Shown here piece by piece: positions 7,612 through 9,554 of a DNA stretch of 9,554 nt. The first letter of the stretch is position 1; each line of letters begins with the position of its first letter. This DNA is from a virus (lineage: Duplodnaviria > Heunggongvirae > Uroviricota > Caudoviricetes). The stretch lies in IMG/VR virus record IMGVR_UViG_2778261381_000013, positions 1 through 9,554 of that record; one strand, 5' to 3'. The notes beneath the pieces were generated by a model. That model did not search any database. It was not told where the DNA came from and worked only from the letters and a program-made list of their open reading frames with translations. The translations under genes were made by a program, and so were the position numbers.

Positions 7612-8091
7612 ATGATGCTCGCGTTAGGTATGTTTGTTTTTATGCGCCAGACGCTGCCACACCAGACCATGCAGCGTGAATCAGATTATCGCTGGCCGTC
7701 AAATTCCCGTATCGGTAAACGGGATGCCTTTCAGTTTCTCGGTGTGGGTGAGGAAAACATGACGCTTGCCGGTGTGCTTTATCCCGAACTGACCGGCGGC
7801 AAGCTGACGATGACCACGCTCAGGCTGATGGCAGAGGAAGGTCGGGCGTGGCCGTTGCTGGATGGCACCGGCATGATTTACGGCATGTATGTCATCAGCA
7901 GGGTGAGTGAAACAGGGAGTATTTTCTTTGCAGATGGCACACCCCGGAAAATTGATTTTACGCTGTCGCTCACCCGCGTTGATGAATCACTGGCCGCGCT
8001 TTATGGCGATATCGGTAAACAGGCGGAATCGCTCATCGGTAAGGCCGGCAGTATGGCGACCAGATTCACGGGTATGACGGGGGCGGGATAA
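7612..8091 (+). CDS. U: Tail protein gpU, 159 aa
   Basis: ORF with a strong AAGGAGGTGA site ending 7 nt before the ATG; stop TAA (8089-8091) overlaps the D start (ATG 8091-8093). Position and size match P2 gpU. Confidence 0.88.
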   Translation: MMLALGMFVFMRQTLPHQTMQRESDYRWPSNSRIGKRDAFQFLGVGEENMTLAGVLYPELTGGKLTMTTLRLMAEEGRAWPLLDGTGMIYGMYVISRVSETGSIFFADGTPRKIDFTLSLTRVDESLAALYGDIGKQAESLIGKAGSMATRFTGMTGAG

Positions 8092-9254
8092 TGCTGGATG
8101 CGCTGACATTTGATGCAGGCAGTACACTGACGCCGGATTACATGCTGATGCTCGACAGCAGGGATATTACCGGCAATATCAGCGATCGTCTGATGAGCAT
8201 GACCCTGACGGATAACCGGGGCTTTGAGGCTGACCAGCTTGATATTGAACTGAACGATGCCGACGGGCAGGTCGGGCTGCCGGTTCGTGGCGCTGTCCTG
8301 ACGGTGTATATCGGCTGGAAAGGTTTTGCCCTGGTATGCAAAGGGAAATTCACCGTTGATGAGGTTGAACACCGGGGCGCACCGGATGTGGTCACCATCC
8401 GCGCCCGGAGTGCAGATTTTCGCGGGACGCTCAATTCCCGCCGTGAAGGCTCCTGGCATGACACCACGCTCGGTGCGATTGTTGAGGCGATAGCTTCCCG
8501 TAACAGGCTGGAAGCCAGTGTCGCGCCGTCACTGGCAGGAATTAAAATCCCACACATCGACCAGTCGCAGGAGTCTGATGCGAAATTCCTGACCCGTCTT
8601 GCAGAACGCAACGGCGGTGAGGTCTCGGTAAAAATGGGAAAACTGCTGTTTCTCAAAGCGGGGCAGGGGGTGACGGCCAGCGGTAAAAAAATCCCGCAGA
8701 TTACCATCACCCGCAGTGACGGCGACCGCCATCATTTTGCGATTGCTGACCGTGGAGCCTATACCGGCGTAACAGCAAAGTGGTTACACACCAAAGACCC
8801 GAAACCGCAAAAGCAGAAGGTAAAACTGAAACGCAAAAAGAAAGAAAAACACCTGCGCGCACTGGAGCACCCGAAAGCGAAACCGGTCAGGCAGAAGAAA
8901 GCGCCTAAAGTACCGGAAGCGCGCGAAGGTGAATACATGGCCGGTGAGGCTGATAACGTTTTTGCCCTGACCACGGTATATGCCACGAAAGCGCAGGCCA
9001 TGCGCGCCGCTCAGGCGAAGTGGGATAAACTGCAACGGGGCGTAGCGGAGTTCTCCATCAGCCTGGCTACCGGTCGTGCTGATATTTACACGGAAACACC
9101 GGTTAAAGTGTCAGGCTTTAAGCGCGTCATAGACGAGCAGGACTGGACAATCACTAAGGTGGCACATTTTCTGAATAATAGCGGCTTCACGACGTCCTTA
9201 GAGCTTGAGGTCAGGCTTTCTGATGTGGAGTACGGAACCGAAGATGATGAGTGA
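8091..9254 (+). CDS. D: Tail protein gpD (late control D family), 387 aa
   Basis: ORF translationally coupled to U through ATAATG; 387 aa; last structural gene before ogr, as in P2. Contains an internal Lys-rich segment. Confidence 0.88.
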   Translation: MLDALTFDAGSTLTPDYMLMLDSRDITGNISDRLMSMTLTDNRGFEADQLDIELNDADGQVGLPVRGAVLTVYIGWKGFALVCKGKFTVDEVEHRGAPDVVTIRARSADFRGTLNSRREGSWHDTTLGAIVEAIASRNRLEASVAPSLAGIKIPHIDQSQESDAKFLTRLAERNGGEVSVKMGKLLFLKAGQGVTASGKKIPQITITRSDGDRHHFAIADRGAYTGVTAKWLHTKDPKPQKQKVKLKRKKKEKHLRALEHPKAKPVRQKKAPKVPEAREGEYMAGEADNVFALTTVYATKAQAMRAAQAKWDKLQRGVAEFSISLATGRADIYTETPVKVSGFKRVIDEQDWTITKVAHFLNNSGFTTSLELEVRLSDVEYGTEDDE

Positions 9255-9272
9255 TGTTTTTATTTTATCTGT

Positions 9273-9301
9273 TTGTTTTGTAAGGATAAATTAACTAAAA
9301 T
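9273..9301 (+). promoter_or_regulatory. Candidate sigma70 promoter for ogr (TTGTTT-N17-TAAAAT)
   Basis: Seen in sequence: TTGTTT 9273-9278, 17-nt spacer, TAAAAT 9296-9301, in the AT-rich gap after the D stop. Followed by GGAAGAGG (9320-9327) and the ogr ATG at 9336. Hexamers picked by eye, no scoring matrix. Confidence 0.3.
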
Positions 9302-9335
9302 GGCACCATCAACAAAACCGGAAGAGGTGCTCGCG

Positions 9336-9554
9336 ATGTTTCATTGTCCTTTATGCCAGCATGCCGCACATGCGCGTACAAGTCGCTATATCACTGACAC
9401 GACAAAAGAGCGTTATCACCAGTGTCAGAACGTGAATTGCAGCGCCACGTTCATCACTTATGAGTCGGTACAGCGATACATCGTGAAGCCGGGAGAAGTC
9501 CACGCCGTAAGGCCGCACCCGTTGCCGTCAGGGCAGCAAATTATGTGGATGTAA
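9336..9554 (+). CDS. ogr: Late gene transcriptional activator Ogr, zinc-finger protein, 72 aa
   Basis: Translation from ATG 9336 (MFHCPLCQHAAHARTSRYITDTTKERYHQCQNVNCSATF...QQIMWM) has the Cys-X2-Cys-X22-Cys-X4-Cys zinc finger and matches my recollection of P2 Ogr (72 aa). GGAAGAGG sits about 8 nt upstream. The ORF-track start at 9273 is a TTG with no Shine-Dalgarno site and lies in the putative promoter, so the shorter ORF is preferred. Confidence 0.88.
   Translation: MFHCPLCQHAAHARTSRYITDTTKERYHQCQNVNCSATFITYESVQRYIVKPGEVHAVRPHPLPSGQQIMWM

Noticed and set aside
7245-7670. 79-aa plus-strand ORF inside the T 3' end and 64-aa minus-strand ORF across the T/U junction
   Set aside because: Both overlap strongly supported coupled genes; no ribosome-binding site.
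8001-9035. Five minus-strand ORFs (68-190 aa) antisense to gpD
   Set aside because: Antisense shadows in GC-rich coding sequence; the 8759-9035 pair are just the reverse reading of the Lys-rich (AAG/AAA-rich) segment.
1-9554. Looked for CRISPR repeats, tRNA or rRNA genes, integrase or transposase genes and attachment-site direct repeats
   Set aside because: No regularly spaced direct repeats, no tRNA-like cloverleaf candidates noticed and no recombinase ORF; the window is internal to the phage late region.

Overview
This window is the late (tail) gene block of a P2-like temperate phage or prophage (Peduovirus family, Enterobacteria), read left to right on the + strand: tail fiber H (3' part, gene starts upstream of the window), tail fiber assembly G, a roughly 1.3 kb variable insert, then the sheath-to-baseplate operon FI-FII-E/E+E'-T-U-D and the late activator ogr. 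The tail genes are GC-rich with good Shine-Dalgarno sites and coupled start/stop codons; protein identities are from my recollection of P2 gene products, not a database search. The most interesting region is 1621..2951, between G and FI: a strongly AT-rich single gene on the opposite strand (1772..2551, 259 aa, N-terminal transmembrane helix, no recognisable enzymatic motif). This is the position of the Z/fun (T5-exclusion) locus in P2, a known hotspot for anti-phage or superinfection-exclusion cargo. It may be fun(Z) itself or a different uncharacterised cargo; I cannot tell without an alignment. Also noted: the -1 programmed frameshift giving E+E' (slippery TTTTTTG at 4978..4984), a candidate Ogr-dependent late promoter element before FI, a GC-rich hairpin between FII and E, a 10-bp inverted repeat flanking the AT-rich gene, and a corrected ogr start at 9336. 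No tRNA, rRNA, CRISPR array or transposase seen.
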